A stretch of 64,000 nt of DNA from an uncultured Chloroflexia bacterium (GTDB taxonomy: Bacteria; Chloroflexota; Limnocylindria; Limnocylindrales; CSP1-4). The stretch is taken from contig CAWBQS010000003.1 of the NCBI GenBank assembly GCA_963790915.1, positions 1,603,128-1,667,127 of the forward strand, read 5' to 3'. Both the position numbers and the translations under genes were made by a program. Shown here piece by piece: positions 21,446-32,044 of the stretch (position 1 is its first letter; the number at the start of each line of letters is the position of its first letter). Under the pieces are notes generated by a model. The model saw only the letters and a list, made by a program, of their open reading frames with translations, did not search any database and was not told the origin of the DNA.

Positions 21446-21810
21446 TCCAGTCCAGCACCCGCCTGCGCGTGGCTGACAACACCGGAGCGCGCACGGTCGA
21501 GTGCATCCGCGTCATGGGCCGATCCTCCTCCACCACCGCGGGCGTCGGTGACGTCATCATCGCAACCGTCAAGCAGGCCATCCCCAACGCCGCCGTCAAG
21601 AAGGGCGACGTCGTGCGCGCCGTCATCGTGCGCACCGCCAAGGAGTACGGCCGGCCGGATGGCAGCTACATCCGCTTCGACGAGAACGCCGCCGTCCTCA
21701 TCAACAACCAGGGCAACCCACGCGGCACGCGCATCTTCGGCCCCGTGGCCCGCGAGTTGCGTGACCGCAACTACATGAAGATCATCTCGCTCGCGCCGGA
21801 GGTGCTGTGA
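21442..21810 (+). CDS. rplN: 50S ribosomal protein L14
   Basis: [17 protein letters not shown]...FDENAAVLI...[10 protein letters not shown]. Confidence 0.98.
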   Translation: MIQSSTRLRVADNTGARTVECIRVMGRSSSTTAGVGDVIIATVKQAIPNAAVKKGDVVRAVIVRTAKEYGRPDGSYIRFDENAAVLINNQGNPRGTRIFGPVARELRDRNYMKIISLAPEVL

Positions 21811-22277
21811 TGGCACCGTCTGCCATGCCTCGCCGCAGCACGCGTGTCCCCGACATGCGGGCCGGCGACACCGTGTTGGTGCTGACGGGCAAGGACGCCG
21901 GCAAGCGGGGAACGATCCAGCGGGTCGTGCGGAGCCAACAGGGCTGGAGTCGCTCCACGCAGCGCTTCGGGGCCGGCTGGCAGGCACGCTCGCCCCTGGC
22001 CGGTACGGCCGTCGTCATCGAGGGCCTCAACATCGCGCGGCGGCACACCAAGCCGCGCGCGGTGGCGGGTCGGACAGAACGCCAGCCCCGCGTCCAGCAG
22101 GGCGGCATCCTGGACATCCCGCAGCCCATCGCCATCAGCAACGTCATGCTCGTCTGCCCTCACTGCTCGCGCGCCACGCGTGTGCGCCACGCGCGCACCT
22201 CCGACGGACGCAGCGTTCGCTCCTGCAGCCACTGTGGTGAGTCGATGGCTCGAGCGGAGGTCAGGAAGAGGAAGTGA
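21810..22277 (+). CDS. rplX: 50S ribosomal protein L24 (enlarged; internal insertion and CxxC-x19-CxxC)
   Basis: ATG 21810 is 7 nt after GGAGG (GTG 21807 also possible). KOW core [54 protein letters not shown]. Confidence 0.88.
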   Translation: MAPSAMPRRSTRVPDMRAGDTVLVLTGKDAGKRGTIQRVVRSQQGWSRSTQRFGAGWQARSPLAGTAVVIEGLNIARRHTKPRAVAGRTERQPRVQQGGILDIPQPIAISNVMLVCPHCSRATRVRHARTSDGRSVRSCSHCGESMARAEVRKRK

Positions 22278-22816
22278 GCAGCGGACTTCGCCAGCGTTAC
22301 CAGGACGAGGCCGTACCGGCGCTCCGCAAGGAGTTCGGCTACGCCAACCCCATGCAGGTGCCTCGCCTCACCAAGATCGTGGTCAACATCGGCCTGGGCG
22401 AGGCGCTCACCAACTCCAAGGCCGTGGACGCCGCGGTCGCCGACGTGGCCAAGATCACGGGCCAAAAGCCGGTGGTCACCAAGGCCAAGCGTTCTATCGC
22501 CCAGTTCAAGATCCGCGAGGGCAACACCATCGGCGTCAAGGTCACCCTGCGTGGCCAGCGCATGTGGGACTTCCTGGAGCGGCTGACACGCGTGGCTCTG
22601 CCGCGCATCCGTGACTTCCGCGGGGTGCCCTCCAAATCCTTCGACGGCCGCGGGAACTACTCGCTCGGACTGCGCGAGCAGCTGGCCTTCCCGGAGATCG
22701 ACTACGACAAGGTCGACCGCCTGCGGGGGCTGGAGATGACCATGGTCACCACGGCCACGACTGACGAGGAGGCCAAGCGTCTGCTGGCCCTGCTCGGCAT
22801 GCCGTACGCCAACTGA
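22274..22816 (+). CDS. rplE: 50S ribosomal protein L5
   Basis: GTGA overlap with rplX; [28 protein letters not shown]...[19 protein letters not shown]. Confidence 0.97.
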   Translation: MSSGLRQRYQDEAVPALRKEFGYANPMQVPRLTKIVVNIGLGEALTNSKAVDAAVADVAKITGQKPVVTKAKRSIAQFKIREGNTIGVKVTLRGQRMWDFLERLTRVALPRIRDFRGVPSKSFDGRGNYSLGLREQLAFPEIDYDKVDRLRGLEMTMVTTATTDEEAKRLLALLGMPYAN

Positions 22817-22826
22817 GGAGCGCCAC

Positions 22827-23012
22827 ATGGCCAAGAAGTCGATGATCGCCAAGGCGCAGCGCAAGCAGCGCTTCGACGTGCGCTCCTATCACCGCTGCTT
22901 CGTCTGCGGCCGACCGCGCGGATACATGCGCCGTTTCGGTCTGTGCCGCATCTGCTTCCGGGAGCGTGCCCTGCTGGGCGAGCTGCCCGGCGTCACCAAG
23001 TCGAGCTGGTAG
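22827..23012 (+). CDS. rpsZ: 30S ribosomal protein S14 type Z (zinc-binding, 61 aa)
   Basis: [13 protein letters not shown]...[23 protein letters not shown] with CxxC...CxxC. Confidence 0.96.
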   Translation: MAKKSMIAKAQRKQRFDVRSYHRCFVCGRPRGYMRRFGLCRICFRERALLGELPGVTKSSW

Positions 23013-23016
23013 CCCC

Positions 23017-23412
23017 ATGAACGTCTCTGACCCCATCGCCGACATGCTCACGCGCATCCGCAATGCCAGCCAGGCCCGCCATGTCGAGGTCGTCATCCCG
23101 GGCTCGCGGACCAAGCTGGCCATCGCCCGGATCCTCAAGGACGAGGGCTTCATCGAGGAATTCAGCGAGGCGCCTGCCGGCCCGCGCAGCGACATCACCA
23201 TCCGGCTCAAGTACGTCGGCAAGGTGCCCGTCGTGAGCGGACTCAAGCGCATCAGCAAGCCAGGCCTGCGCGTCTACGCGGCCAAGACCGAGATCCCCCG
23301 CGTGCTTGGCGGGCTCGGCATCGTCATCGTCAGCACCAGCCAGGGCATCATGACCGGCGCGGAGGCTCGCAAGAGCCAGCTCGGTGGTGAGGTCCTGGCC
23401 TACGTCTGGTAG
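23017..23412 (+). CDS. rpsH: 30S ribosomal protein S8
   Basis: ATG 23017 gives [17 protein letters not shown]...GGEVLAYVW. Confidence 0.96.
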   Translation: MNVSDPIADMLTRIRNASQARHVEVVIPGSRTKLAIARILKDEGFIEEFSEAPAGPRSDITIRLKYVGKVPVVSGLKRISKPGLRVYAAKTEIPRVLGGLGIVIVSTSQGIMTGAEARKSQLGGEVLAYVW

Positions 23413-23418
23413 GCCGCC

Positions 23419-23964
23419 ATGTCACGAGTCGGCCGACTTCCCATCCCCATCCCGACCGGCGTCGCCATCGACGTCACCGGCAACCACGTCGTGGTCACGG
23501 GTCCCAGGGGAACCCTTGAGCGTGACATCGCGCCGCTGCTCTCCGTCGTCAATGAGGACGGTACGCTCCGCGTCGAGCGGCCCTCGGACGAGAAGCGCGC
23601 CCGCGAACTGCACGGGCTCACCCGTACGCTCATCCACAACATGGTGGTGGGTGTCACGGAGGGCTACCGCCGCGGTCTTGAGATCACGGGCGTGGGCTAC
23701 CGCGCACAGCTCGTGGGCACCAAGCTGCAGCTCAACCTCGGCTACAGCCACCCCATCGAGATCGTGCCGCCGGAGGGCATCGCCTTCGAGGTGGACAACC
23801 CCACCCGCATCGCCGTGACCGGCATCGACAAGGAGCTGGTCGGGCGCATGGCAGCCAAGATCCGAGCCTGCCGCAAGCCGGAGCCCTACAAGGGCAAAGG
23901 CGTGCGCTACGCCGGTGAGGTCGTGCGCCGCAAGGCCGGCAAGGCCGGCAAGGTCGGCGGCTGA
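23419..23964 (+). CDS. rplF: 50S ribosomal protein L6
   Basis: [15 protein letters not shown]...GVGYRAQL...[10 protein letters not shown]. Confidence 0.97.
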   Translation: MSRVGRLPIPIPTGVAIDVTGNHVVVTGPRGTLERDIAPLLSVVNEDGTLRVERPSDEKRARELHGLTRTLIHNMVVGVTEGYRRGLEITGVGYRAQLVGTKLQLNLGYSHPIEIVPPEGIAFEVDNPTRIAVTGIDKELVGRMAAKIRACRKPEPYKGKGVRYAGEVVRRKAGKAGKVGG

Positions 23965-24047
23965 GCCGCCGCTCCCCAGAGACCATCCATCCCCTGGCCG
24001 TGCCGCCATCCAGCGGCGCGGTCGATAGCAGGAGTTCGACGACCGCG

Positions 24048-24410
24048 ATGCCACCGGCCACCAGCCGCACCAGCGCCCGTCAGAAGCGTCACTCGCGGCT
24101 CCGCCTTCGCGTGGCGGGCTCCGCTGAGCGACCGCGCCTGGCGGTCTTCCGCAGCATCAACCAGATCTACGCCCAGGTCATCGACGATGGCAACGGCCAC
24201 ACACTCGTCAGCGCCTCCTCCATGGAGGCCTCGTTGCGGGGTGCGGTCGGGACCAAGACCGAGCGCGCCAAGCAGGTCGGCACCCTCGTGGGCCAGCGTG
24301 CCAAGGCGGCCGGGATCGACCGTGTCGTGTTCGATCGTGCCGGGTTCAAGTACCACGGACGGATCCGCTCGCTCGCCGAAGGCGCGCGAGAGGCCGGCCT
24401 GGACTTCTAG
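24048..24410 (+). CDS. rplR: 50S ribosomal protein L18
   Basis: ATG 24048 preferred over GTG 24000 on length grounds (120 aa). [20 protein letters not shown]...[26 protein letters not shown]. Confidence 0.9.
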   Translation: MPPATSRTSARQKRHSRLRLRVAGSAERPRLAVFRSINQIYAQVIDDGNGHTLVSASSMEASLRGAVGTKTERAKQVGTLVGQRAKAAGIDRVVFDRAGFKYHGRIRSLAEGAREAGLDF

Positions 24411-24420
24411 GAGGAACGGC

Positions 24421-24960
24421 ATGGCTCGGATCGATCCCAACAAGCTCACCCTCGAGGAGCGTGTCGTCCAGATCAACCGCGTCGCCAAGGTCGTCAAGGG
24501 CGGCCGGCGCTTCAGCTTCAGTGCCGTGGTCGTCGTGGGCGACGGCGCGGGACACGTGGGTGTCGGCCTGGGCAAGGCCGGCGAGGTACCCGAATCCATC
24601 CGCAAGGGTGTCGAGGACGCCAAGAAGAACCTCATCAAGGTCCCGCTCGTGGGCACCACCGTGCCCCACGAGGTGCGTCAGCAGTTCGGCGCCAGCACGG
24701 TCCTGCTCAAGCCCGCCTCGCAGGGCACCGGCGTCATCGCCGGCAGCTCCGTGCGCGCCGTGGTGGAGGCCGCCGGCATCCGCGACATCCTGTCCAAGTC
24801 GCTGGGCTCCACCAACCCGGTCAACGTCACGCGAGCCACGCTGGAAGGCCTGCGCAACATGCGCTCCGCCGCGGAGCTCTCCGAGTGGCGTGGCAAGACG
24901 CTGCACAGCTACATCCCCGGCCAGCCCAGCGGCCGCGAGGAGTCCACCGATGGCCGGTAA
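24421..24960 (+). CDS. rpsE: 30S ribosomal protein S5
   Basis: GGAGGA SD then ATG 24421; [27 protein letters not shown]...GTGVIAG. Confidence 0.96.
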   Translation: MARIDPNKLTLEERVVQINRVAKVVKGGRRFSFSAVVVVGDGAGHVGVGLGKAGEVPESIRKGVEDAKKNLIKVPLVGTTVPHEVRQQFGASTVLLKPASQGTGVIAGSSVRAVVEAAGIRDILSKSLGSTNPVNVTRATLEGLRNMRSAAELSEWRGKTLHSYIPGQPSGREESTDGR

Positions 24961-25186
24961 GCTGCGGATCACCCTGCGACGCTCGACCGTGAGCGCCAAC
25001 CCCAGCGCCCGCGGCACCGTACGCGCCCTGGGCCTGGACCGCATCGGTCACACCGTCGAGCTCGACGACGATCCGGCTACCCGTGGCCAGGTGCGCGCCG
25101 TGCGCTACCTGCTGGACGTCGAGGAGGTCGCCGCGCCGGCCAAGGGCAAGGCAGCGGCCACCAAGAAGGAGGAGGCTGAGTCGTGA
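24950..25186 (+). CDS. rpmD: 50S ribosomal protein L30
   Basis: ATG 24950 after GAGGAG; [25 protein letters not shown]...V. Overlaps the rpsE end by 11 nt. Confidence 0.9.
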   Translation: MAGKLRITLRRSTVSANPSARGTVRALGLDRIGHTVELDDDPATRGQVRAVRYLLDVEEVAAPAKGKAAATKKEEAES

Positions 25187-25773
25187 AGCTCCACGAGCTC
25201 CAGCCCGCACCGGGCGCCACCAAGGCCCGCATGCGCGTCGGCCGCGGGATCGCCGCCGGCAAGGGCAAGACCGCGGGCCGCGGTACCAAGGGCCAGCGCT
25301 CGCGCGCCGGCGCCAGCATCCCGGGTTGGTTCGAAGGCGGCCAGACGCCCGTCCACGTCCGTGTCCCCAAGCTGCGCGGTTTCAAGCGGCGTGGCCGGAT
25401 CGAGTACCAGGTCGTCAACGTCGGCCGCCTGTCGGAGTATGCCCAGGCGGGGCGGTTCGGTGAGGTCGGCGGCAAGGACCCGCTGACCATCAACGCCGAG
25501 GTGCTCGCCGGTGCGGGACTCATCCGCCACGCGCAGCGTCCCGTCAAGGTCCTGGGCCACGGCGACCTGGAGACCCGCCTCTTCGTGGCGGCGGATGCCT
25601 TCACAGTCACTGCCCGTTCCAAGATCGAGGCCGCCGGCGGCTTCGTGCAGCTCCTCGCCGGAGATGCCGAAGCACCGGAGGCGGATGCCGAGGCATCCGC
25701 GCAGGCCGCCCCGGGCGAGGCCGCGCAGGCCCAGCCCGTCGTCGAGAGCACCAGCAGCGACGAGACCGAGTAA
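25183..25773 (+). CDS. rplO: 50S ribosomal protein L15 (with acidic C-terminal tail)
   Basis: GTGA overlap with rpmD; [38 protein letters not shown]. Confidence 0.95.
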   Translation: MKLHELQPAPGATKARMRVGRGIAAGKGKTAGRGTKGQRSRAGASIPGWFEGGQTPVHVRVPKLRGFKRRGRIEYQVVNVGRLSEYAQAGRFGEVGGKDPLTINAEVLAGAGLIRHAQRPVKVLGHGDLETRLFVAADAFTVTARSKIEAAGGFVQLLAGDAEAPEADAEASAQAAPGEAAQAQPVVESTSSDETE

Positions 25774-25776
25774 GCC

Positions 25777-27066
25777 GTGTTCGACGCGCTGGTCAATGCC
25801 TTCCGCGCCCCCGATATCCGCCGCAGGATCTTCTTCATCCTGGGCATGCTCGTCATCGTGCGGATGCTGGCCAACGTCCCCGTGCCCGGCATCGATCGCG
25901 AGGCTCTCGAGAGCGTCATCGGCGCCAACAGCTTCCTGCAGCTGCTGAACCTCTTCTCGGGCGGTGGCCTGGAGAACTTCTCCATCATCGCCCTGGGCGT
26001 GAACCCCTACATCAACGCCTCGATCATCATGCAGCTCATGCAGGGCGTCGTCCCGCGCCTGCAGCAGCTCTCGCGCGAAGGCGAGTACGGCCGCAACAAG
26101 ATCAACCAGTACACGCGCTACCTGACGGTGCCGCTGGCCATCCTGCAGTCCTACGGCTACCTGGCGCTGCTCTCCAGCCCCCAGAACAACAACGCCGTCC
26201 AGGGCTTCGACCTGACCAGCTTCACGACGCTGACGCAGATCATCAGCCTGACCGCCGGCACCATCCTATTGATGTGGATCGGCGAGCTCATCACCGAGCG
26301 CGGCATCGGCAACGGCATCAGCTTCATCATCTTCGCGGGTATCGTGGCCGGCCTGCCGGCCGCCGTGAATACGTTCCTGGCCGACCCTGACCTCGCGGCC
26401 GCCGTGCTCTTCGGGGTGCTGGCCATCGCTGCCGTGGCCATCATCGTGTACATCCAGGAAGGCCAGCGCCGCATCCCCATCCAGTACGCCAGCCGTGTTC
26501 GTGGCCGGCGCATGTACCAGGGTGGCGCCACGTTCCTGCCGCTGCGCGTCAACCAGGCAGGCGTCATCCCGATCATCTTCGCCATCAGCATCCTGCTCTT
26601 CCCGGTCCAGCTGGCAACGTACTTCTCGGCCTCGGGCGGCATCGTCCAGGACGTGGCCAACGTGATCATCCAGTGGCTCAGCCAGGGCAGCGTGCTGTAT
26701 TCGATCGTCTTCTTCCTGCTGGTGGTGGGCTTCACGTACTTCTACACGGCCTTCACCTTCAAGCCGGATGAGACGGCTGACCAGCTGCGCAAGAACGGCG
26801 GCTTCATCCCGGGCATCCGGCCCGGAGCGCCCACTCGTGATTACCTGGCCAAGGTGGTCTACCGCATCAGCCTGGCCGGCGCCGTCTTCCTGGGCATCGT
26901 GGCCGTCACGCCATCCATCTTCGGCATCCTCTTCTCGGGCAGCGTCTTTGGCTCCTTCAGCCTCGGCGGCACGGCGATCCTCATCGTCGTCTCCGTGGTC
27001 GTGGAGACGATGAAGCAACTGGAGGCCCAGCTGATGATGCGCAACTACGAGGGTTTCATCCGGTGA
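25777..27066 (+). CDS. secY: preprotein translocase subunit SecY
   Basis: ORF 25777..27066, 429 aa, multi-TM; LGVNPYINASIIMQLM, GELITERGIGNGISFIIFAGI. Confidence 0.97.
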   Translation: MFDALVNAFRAPDIRRRIFFILGMLVIVRMLANVPVPGIDREALESVIGANSFLQLLNLFSGGGLENFSIIALGVNPYINASIIMQLMQGVVPRLQQLSREGEYGRNKINQYTRYLTVPLAILQSYGYLALLSSPQNNNAVQGFDLTSFTTLTQIISLTAGTILLMWIGELITERGIGNGISFIIFAGIVAGLPAAVNTFLADPDLAAAVLFGVLAIAAVAIIVYIQEGQRRIPIQYASRVRGRRMYQGGATFLPLRVNQAGVIPIIFAISILLFPVQLATYFSASGGIVQDVANVIIQWLSQGSVLYSIVFFLLVVGFTYFYTAFTFKPDETADQLRKNGGFIPGIRPGAPTRDYLAKVVYRISLAGAVFLGIVAVTPSIFGILFSGSVFGSFSLGGTAILIVVSVVVETMKQLEAQLMMRNYEGFIR

Positions 27067-27776
27067 CCAGCACCGCTGCCGACAGCACGGCAGCACGAAC
27101 CGGCGGCAAACGCCGCATCATCGTCATGCTCGGGGCGCCCGGCGCGGGCAAGGGCACACAGGCCGAACGGCTTGCCCACGAGCTGGACCTCCCGCACGTC
27201 TCCACGGGCGAGCTCTTCCGTGCGGCGCTCCAGGGGGATGACCCCCTGGGCGCCAAGGTGCGCAAGTACGTGGAGTCCGGCGGCCTCGTGCCCGACGCCA
27301 TCGTCGTCGAGATCGTGGCTGCCCGGCTGGCCAAGCCGGATGCCACCCGCGGTGCCATCCTGGATGGCTTCCCGCGCACCGTGGCCCAGGCCGTCACGCT
27401 CGACGAGATGCTCGTCGGACGCGGCGATCGGGTCTGCGCCGCCCTCTATGTGGAGGTCCCGACCGACCTCCTCACCGCCCGCCTCACCGGCCGGCGCATC
27501 TGCACCGCGGACGACCAGCACGTCTACCACGTGGTCGCTCATCCGCCCAGGCGTGATGGCATCTGCGACATCGATGGCGCGGAACTCTACCAGCGCCAGG
27601 ATGACTCGCTCGGGACCGTCAAGAGCCGGCTGGAGAAGCAGCTGCCGCCGATGTACGAGGTCATCGACCACTACGCAGAGGAAGGCGTGCTCCATTCGGT
27701 CCGCGGTGACGTGGACATGGACACCGTGACGGCCGACCTCCTCCACGCCCTCGCCACCATCCAGGCGCGCGCGTAG
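27063..27776 (+). CDS. adk: adenylate kinase
   Basis: GTGA overlap with secY; P-loop GAPGAGKGTQ, DGFPRT, long lid domain. About 17-aa N-terminal extension. Confidence 0.93.
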   Translation: MTSTAADSTAARTGGKRRIIVMLGAPGAGKGTQAERLAHELDLPHVSTGELFRAALQGDDPLGAKVRKYVESGGLVPDAIVVEIVAARLAKPDATRGAILDGFPRTVAQAVTLDEMLVGRGDRVCAALYVEVPTDLLTARLTGRRICTADDQHVYHVVAHPPRRDGICDIDGAELYQRQDDSLGTVKSRLEKQLPPMYEVIDHYAEEGVLHSVRGDVDMDTVTADLLHALATIQARA

Positions 27777-27779
27777 CGG

Positions 27780-28598
27780 ATGGTCTTCGACCGCCGGCGG
27801 GTGACGCTCAAGTCACGCTCGCAGATCGAGCGCATGGCCGTCGCCGGACGGCTCGTGGGCGATGCCCTCGATGCTGTCGGGCAGGCCATCCGTCCCGGCG
27901 TCACGCCCCTTGAGCTGGACGCCATCGCCGAGGACCTCATCCGGTCCCGCGGTGGCATCCCGTCGTTCATCGGCGTGGCCGGCGCGCTGGCGCCGTACAG
28001 GCACACCGTCTGCGTCTCCCTCGACGATGAGGTCGTCCACGGGGTGCCCGACCGCCGCGTCATCCGCGGCGGCCAGCTCGTCTCCGTGGACTGTGGCGCC
28101 ATCGTCGATGGCTGGCACGGTGACGCGGCGCGCACCTGGCTCGTCGGTGACGTGCCGCCCGCGGCCCGCGAGCTCTCCGCCGCGACACGTGAAGCGATGC
28201 TGGCCGGCGCTGCTGCAGCGGTGCCCGGCGCCAGCCTCGAGGACGTCTCCGCGGCCATCGAGGACGTCGGCCTGGCCCACGGCTTCGGCATCGTGCGCGC
28301 CTATGTCGGGCATGGCATCGGCACGGAGATGCACGAGGAGCCGCAGGTCACCAACTACCGCACGGGGCGGCGCGGCCGCCGCCTGGAGCCCGGTCTCTGC
28401 CTGGCCATCGAGCCGATGTTCACGCTGGGCGGTCACGAGACGCGCGTCCGGGCCGACGGCTGGACGGTCGTGACGGCGGACGGCAGCCTGGCGGCTCACT
28501 GGGAACACACCATCGCTATCGGCGAGGATGGCCCGCGCATCCTGACCCTGGGGGTCGGGGAGGATGTGGCCAGTGGCGCCGTGGGCGTGAGCGTCTGA
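27780..28598 (+). CDS. map: type I methionine aminopeptidase
   Basis: ORF 27780..28598; [24 protein letters not shown]..., TVVTADG, EHTI metal-ligand pattern. Confidence 0.95.
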   Translation: MVFDRRRVTLKSRSQIERMAVAGRLVGDALDAVGQAIRPGVTPLELDAIAEDLIRSRGGIPSFIGVAGALAPYRHTVCVSLDDEVVHGVPDRRVIRGGQLVSVDCGAIVDGWHGDAARTWLVGDVPPAARELSAATREAMLAGAAAAVPGASLEDVSAAIEDVGLAHGFGIVRAYVGHGIGTEMHEEPQVTNYRTGRRGRRLEPGLCLAIEPMFTLGGHETRVRADGWTVVTADGSLAAHWEHTIAIGEDGPRILTLGVGEDVASGAVGVSV

Positions 28599-28616
28599 TG
28601 GTCGATGCTCGTGCGG

Positions 28617-28646
28617 TTGCCCTCTGCGCACCGCTTCTGGTACACT
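28617..28646 (+). promoter_or_regulatory. candidate promoter for infA-rpmJ-rpsM-rpsK-rpsD-rpoA-rplQ
   Basis: TTGCCC (28617-28622), N18, TACACT (28641-28646), with TG at the extended -10 position (TGgTACACT). Lies in the 160-nt map-infA gap. Confidence 0.4.
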
Positions 28647-28758
28647 CTCCATTCGCGTGTCGGCACGTTGCCCACGCTTGCTGGTGCCGTGTCGACCCTG
28701 TCGGCAGGATCGCCGGTCACATCCCAGTCAAGCAGTAGTCGGGAGTCAGCGGTCGCCT

Positions 28759-28977
28759 GTGGCCAAGAAGGATGCCATCGAGGTCGAGGGAACGGTCATC
28801 GAGCCGTTGCCGAACACCATGTTCCGAATCGAGCTCGAGGACAAGCACCAGGTCCTGGCCCACATCAGCGGCAAGCTGCGGATGAACTTCATCCGCATCC
28901 TTCCCGGCGATCGTGTCCGCGTCGAATTGTCGCCGTATGACCTCTCGCGCGGCCGCATCATCTATCGACTCAGGTAG
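28759..28977 (+). CDS. infA: translation initiation factor IF-1
   Basis: GTG 28759 gives [27 protein letters not shown]...GRIIYRLR, 72 aa. Confidence 0.95.
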   Translation: MAKKDAIEVEGTVIEPLPNTMFRIELEDKHQVLAHISGKLRMNFIRILPGDRVRVELSPYDLSRGRIIYRLR

Positions 28978-28995
28978 GAAACGCGAGCGACGACG

Positions 28996-29109
28996 GTGAA
29001 GATCTCAGCATCGGTGAAGAAGCGCTGTGAGCGCTGCAAGGTGATCCGCCGGCACGGCAACCTCATGATCATCTGCACGAATCCCAAGCACAAGCAGCGT
29101 CAGGGCTAG
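28996..29109 (+). CDS. rpmJ: 50S ribosomal protein L36 (zinc-binding form)
   Basis: Not in the ORF track (37 aa). GTG 28996 gives [37 protein letters not shown], stop TAG 29107-29109. Confidence 0.93.
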   Translation: MKISASVKKRCERCKVIRRHGNLMIICTNPKHKQRQG

Positions 29110-29117
29110 GAGGGACC

Positions 29118-29489
29118 GTGGCTCGTATCGCCGGCATCGACATCCCCCGCGAGAAGCGGGTGGAGGTCGCGCTGACCTACATCTACGGGATCGGGTTGCC
29201 CACCAGCCAGCGCATCCTCACCCAGGCGAACATCAATCCTGACACTCGCGTCCGTGATCTCACCGAGGAGCAGGTCAATCGACTTCGCGAGATCGTCGAC
29301 CGCCGCTATACCGTGGAAGGCGACCTCCGTCGCGAGGTGGCCATGAACATCAAGCGGCTCACCGAGATCGGCTCGTACCGGGGCCTGCGGCACCGCCGCA
29401 ACCTGCCCGTGCGCGGGCAGCGCACCAAGACCAACGCTCGTCAGCGGCGCGGCCCCAAGAAGACCGTCGGCGTCCGGCGCAAGAAGTAA
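29118..29489 (+). CDS. rpsM: 30S ribosomal protein S13
   Basis: [15 protein letters not shown]...[25 protein letters not shown]. Confidence 0.97.
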   Translation: MARIAGIDIPREKRVEVALTYIYGIGLPTSQRILTQANINPDTRVRDLTEEQVNRLREIVDRRYTVEGDLRREVAMNIKRLTEIGSYRGLRHRRNLPVRGQRTKTNARQRRGPKKTVGVRRKK

Positions 29490-29561
29490 CACCGTCCCTC
29501 GCCGTGGCCGAGCGCAGCAGCGCCGCCCGCGCGACCCGCACGCAGGAGAGACACTCGATCG

Positions 29562-29957
29562 ATGGCGGAACGCAAGCGCGCCACGAAGGTCAGGCGCAAG
29601 GAGCGCAAGAACGTGCCGATGGGGCACGTCCACATCCAGGCGTCCTTCAATAACACCATCGTCACGATCACCGACCTCGTCGGTGCCGTGGTGTCCTGGG
29701 GCAGCGCCGGCACGGCGGGCTTCAAGGGTTCGCGCAAGTCCACGCCCTACGCGGCGGCTCTGGCTGCCGATGGTGCCGCCAAGCGTGCCATGGAGCATGG
29801 CATGCGCCAGGTGGAGGTCTTCGTGAAGGGGCCCGGCTCCGGTCGCGAGCAGGCCATCCGCTCGCTCCAAGCCGCCGGCCTGGAGGTCAGCGCCATCACC
29901 GATGTCACCCCGCTCCCGCATAACGGCTGCCGCGCCCCCAAGCGGCGCCGCGTGTAG
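29562..29957 (+). CDS. rpsK: 30S ribosomal protein S11
   Basis: [18 protein letters not shown]...[13 protein letters not shown]...[16 protein letters not shown]. Confidence 0.97.
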   Translation: MAERKRATKVRRKERKNVPMGHVHIQASFNNTIVTITDLVGAVVSWGSAGTAGFKGSRKSTPYAAALAADGAAKRAMEHGMRQVEVFVKGPGSGREQAIRSLQAAGLEVSAITDVTPLPHNGCRAPKRRRV

Positions 29958-29969
29958 CCGAGGCACCCC

Positions 29970-30596
29970 ATGTCGCGATATCGCGGCCCCGTCTCCCGAC
30001 TCTGTCGGCGCGAGGGCATGAAGCTCTACCTCAAGGGCAGCAAGTGCTACACGAAGAAGTGCCCCTTCGAGCGCCGCGGCACACCCCCCGGCCAGCACGG
30101 GGTGCGCCGCCGCAAGATGTCGAACTACGGCGTCCAGCTGCGCGAGAAGCAGAAGATGCGCCGCATCTACATGATCAACGAGCGGCCCTTCAAGCGCTAT
30201 TTCGACACGGCTGAGTCCCGCCCCGGCGTCACCGGCGAGAACCTCCTGCGCCTGCTGGAGACCCGCCTGGACAATGTCGTCTTCCGCATGGGCTTCGCCA
30301 GCAGCCGGCCGCAGGCCCGCCAGCTGGTCGGTCATGGCCACTTCCTGGTCAACGGCCGGCGCACCAATATCCCCTCCTACCACGTCAAGGAGGGCGATCG
30401 TCTCGAAGTGCGTGTCAGCAGCCGAAAGGCGGAGTACTTCAAGTCGCTCAAGGACGCCCTCGGTGGTGCCATGAAGCCCGATTGGGTGAGCGTGGACGCC
30501 GACAAGATGATCGGCACCGTCTCCGCGATGCCGGCTCGCGACCAGATGCCGCTCGAACTCAACGAGCAGCTGGTCGTCGAGTTCTACTCGAGGTAG
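29970..30596 (+). CDS. rpsD: 30S ribosomal protein S4
   Basis: MSRYRGPVSRLCRREGMKLYLKG...LESRLDNVVFRMGFA...NEQLVVEFYSR. Confidence 0.97.
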   Translation: MSRYRGPVSRLCRREGMKLYLKGSKCYTKKCPFERRGTPPGQHGVRRRKMSNYGVQLREKQKMRRIYMINERPFKRYFDTAESRPGVTGENLLRLLETRLDNVVFRMGFASSRPQARQLVGHGHFLVNGRRTNIPSYHVKEGDRLEVRVSSRKAEYFKSLKDALGGAMKPDWVSVDADKMIGTVSAMPARDQMPLELNEQLVVEFYSR

Positions 30597-30602
30597 CCGC
30601 TG

Positions 30603-31610
30603 ATGATCGAGCTGGAAAACGCCCAGATCGCGTCCATCGAGGACCCCTCGAGCCAGACGTACGGCAAGTACGAGGCCAGCCCGCTGCGCGCCGGCTACGG
30701 CGTCACGCTGGGCAATGCCCTGCGACGCGTGCTGCTCTCCTCCCTGGAGGGCGCGGCGGTCACATCCGTGCAGATCCGCGATGTGCCCCACGAGTTCAGC
30801 ACGATCCCCGGGGTCAAGGAGGACGTCATCCAGATCCTCCTCAACCTCAAGCGACTGCGCCTCAAGGGCTACGTACCCCATCCCACGCAGCTCAAGCTCG
30901 TCAAGAACGGCGCCGGCCCCGTCACGGCGGCGGACATCGTCGAGTCGGCGGACGTGGAGATCGTCAATCCCGAGCAGCACATCCTGACCCTCGAGCCGGA
31001 CGCCGCCATCGAGATGGACCTCACGGTCGAGCGGGGCACGGGCTACCTCTCTGCGGACGACAGCAAAGAGGGTCTGCCCATCGGGGTCATCCCCGTGGAC
31101 GCCATCTTCACGCCGGTCCGCCGTGTCGACTACCACGTCGAGAACACCCGCGTCGGCCAGGTGACCAACTACGACAAGCTGACCCTTGAGATCGAGACCG
31201 ACGGCACCATCGCGCCGGAAGAGGCGCTCTCCCGGGCCGCGGAGATGCTCGTCGAGCAGTTCAGCCAGTTCACTGCCACCGGCCGCAAGCTGACCAGTGA
31301 GGTCGAGGCCGTGGCCGGTTCGGACGCCCTGCCGCCCAACGTCCTCGACATGCCCATCGAGGATCTGGACCTGCCCATGCGGGCGTACAACTCGCTGAAG
31401 CGCAACAACATCGTCAAGGTCGGGCAGCTGCTCCAGCTGCAGGATGAGGACCTCCTGCGCATGCGCAACTTCGGCCGGAAGTCGCTCGATGAGATGAAGG
31501 ATCGCCTGCGCATGCGGGGTTTCCTGCCTCCTGAGGACCAGGCCTTCGAAGGCCTCGACGAGGAGGACGAGGAGGAGTCCCCCTTCGACGAGGACGAGGA
31601 GGACCTCTAG
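30603..31610 (+). CDS. rpoA: DNA-directed RNA polymerase subunit alpha
   Basis: GYGVTLGNALRRVLLSS..., C-terminal domain DLPMRAYNSLKRNNIVKVGQL, acidic tail. Confidence 0.97.
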   Translation: MIELENAQIASIEDPSSQTYGKYEASPLRAGYGVTLGNALRRVLLSSLEGAAVTSVQIRDVPHEFSTIPGVKEDVIQILLNLKRLRLKGYVPHPTQLKLVKNGAGPVTAADIVESADVEIVNPEQHILTLEPDAAIEMDLTVERGTGYLSADDSKEGLPIGVIPVDAIFTPVRRVDYHVENTRVGQVTNYDKLTLEIETDGTIAPEEALSRAAEMLVEQFSQFTATGRKLTSEVEAVAGSDALPPNVLDMPIEDLDLPMRAYNSLKRNNIVKVGQLLQLQDEDLLRMRNFGRKSLDEMKDRLRMRGFLPPEDQAFEGLDEEDEEESPFDEDEEDL

Positions 31611-31614
31611 CCCC

Positions 31615-31968
31615 ATGGCTCACCGAATCGACGGCCGCAAGTTCGGCCGCAAGACCGGGCCTCGCAAGGCGCTGTACGCCAGCCTCGTGGTGGCCGTGCT
31701 GCGCTATGAGCGCATCAAGACGACCGAGGCGCGCGCCAGCGAGGTGCGTGGCATGGTCGAGCACGTCATCACGCTGGCCAAGGGCGGCACGCTCGCCGAG
31801 CGCCGCCGCATCGTGGCCGAGCTACCGAATGAGCCGCTCGTGATCGAGAAGCTCTACGACGAGATCGTGCCCCGCTACGGGGCTCGCAGCTCCGGCTTCA
31901 CCCGGGTCGTCAAGCTTGGCCACCGTGCCGGCGATGCCGCCCCGATCGTCCAGCTCGAGCTGGTCTAG
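31615..31968 (+). CDS. rplQ: 50S ribosomal protein L17
   Basis: MAHRIDGRKFGRKTGPRKAL...GFTRVVKLGHRAGDAAPIVQLELV. Confidence 0.96.
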   Translation: MAHRIDGRKFGRKTGPRKALYASLVVAVLRYERIKTTEARASEVRGMVEHVITLAKGGTLAERRRIVAELPNEPLVIEKLYDEIVPRYGARSSGFTRVVKLGHRAGDAAPIVQLELV

Positions 31969-32044
31969 CCAGACGACCGACCGCCGTCGCGCCGCTGGGC
32001 GGGACCGGTCGGACCAGAGGAAGCCTGTCCGAGAGGGCAGCCCC

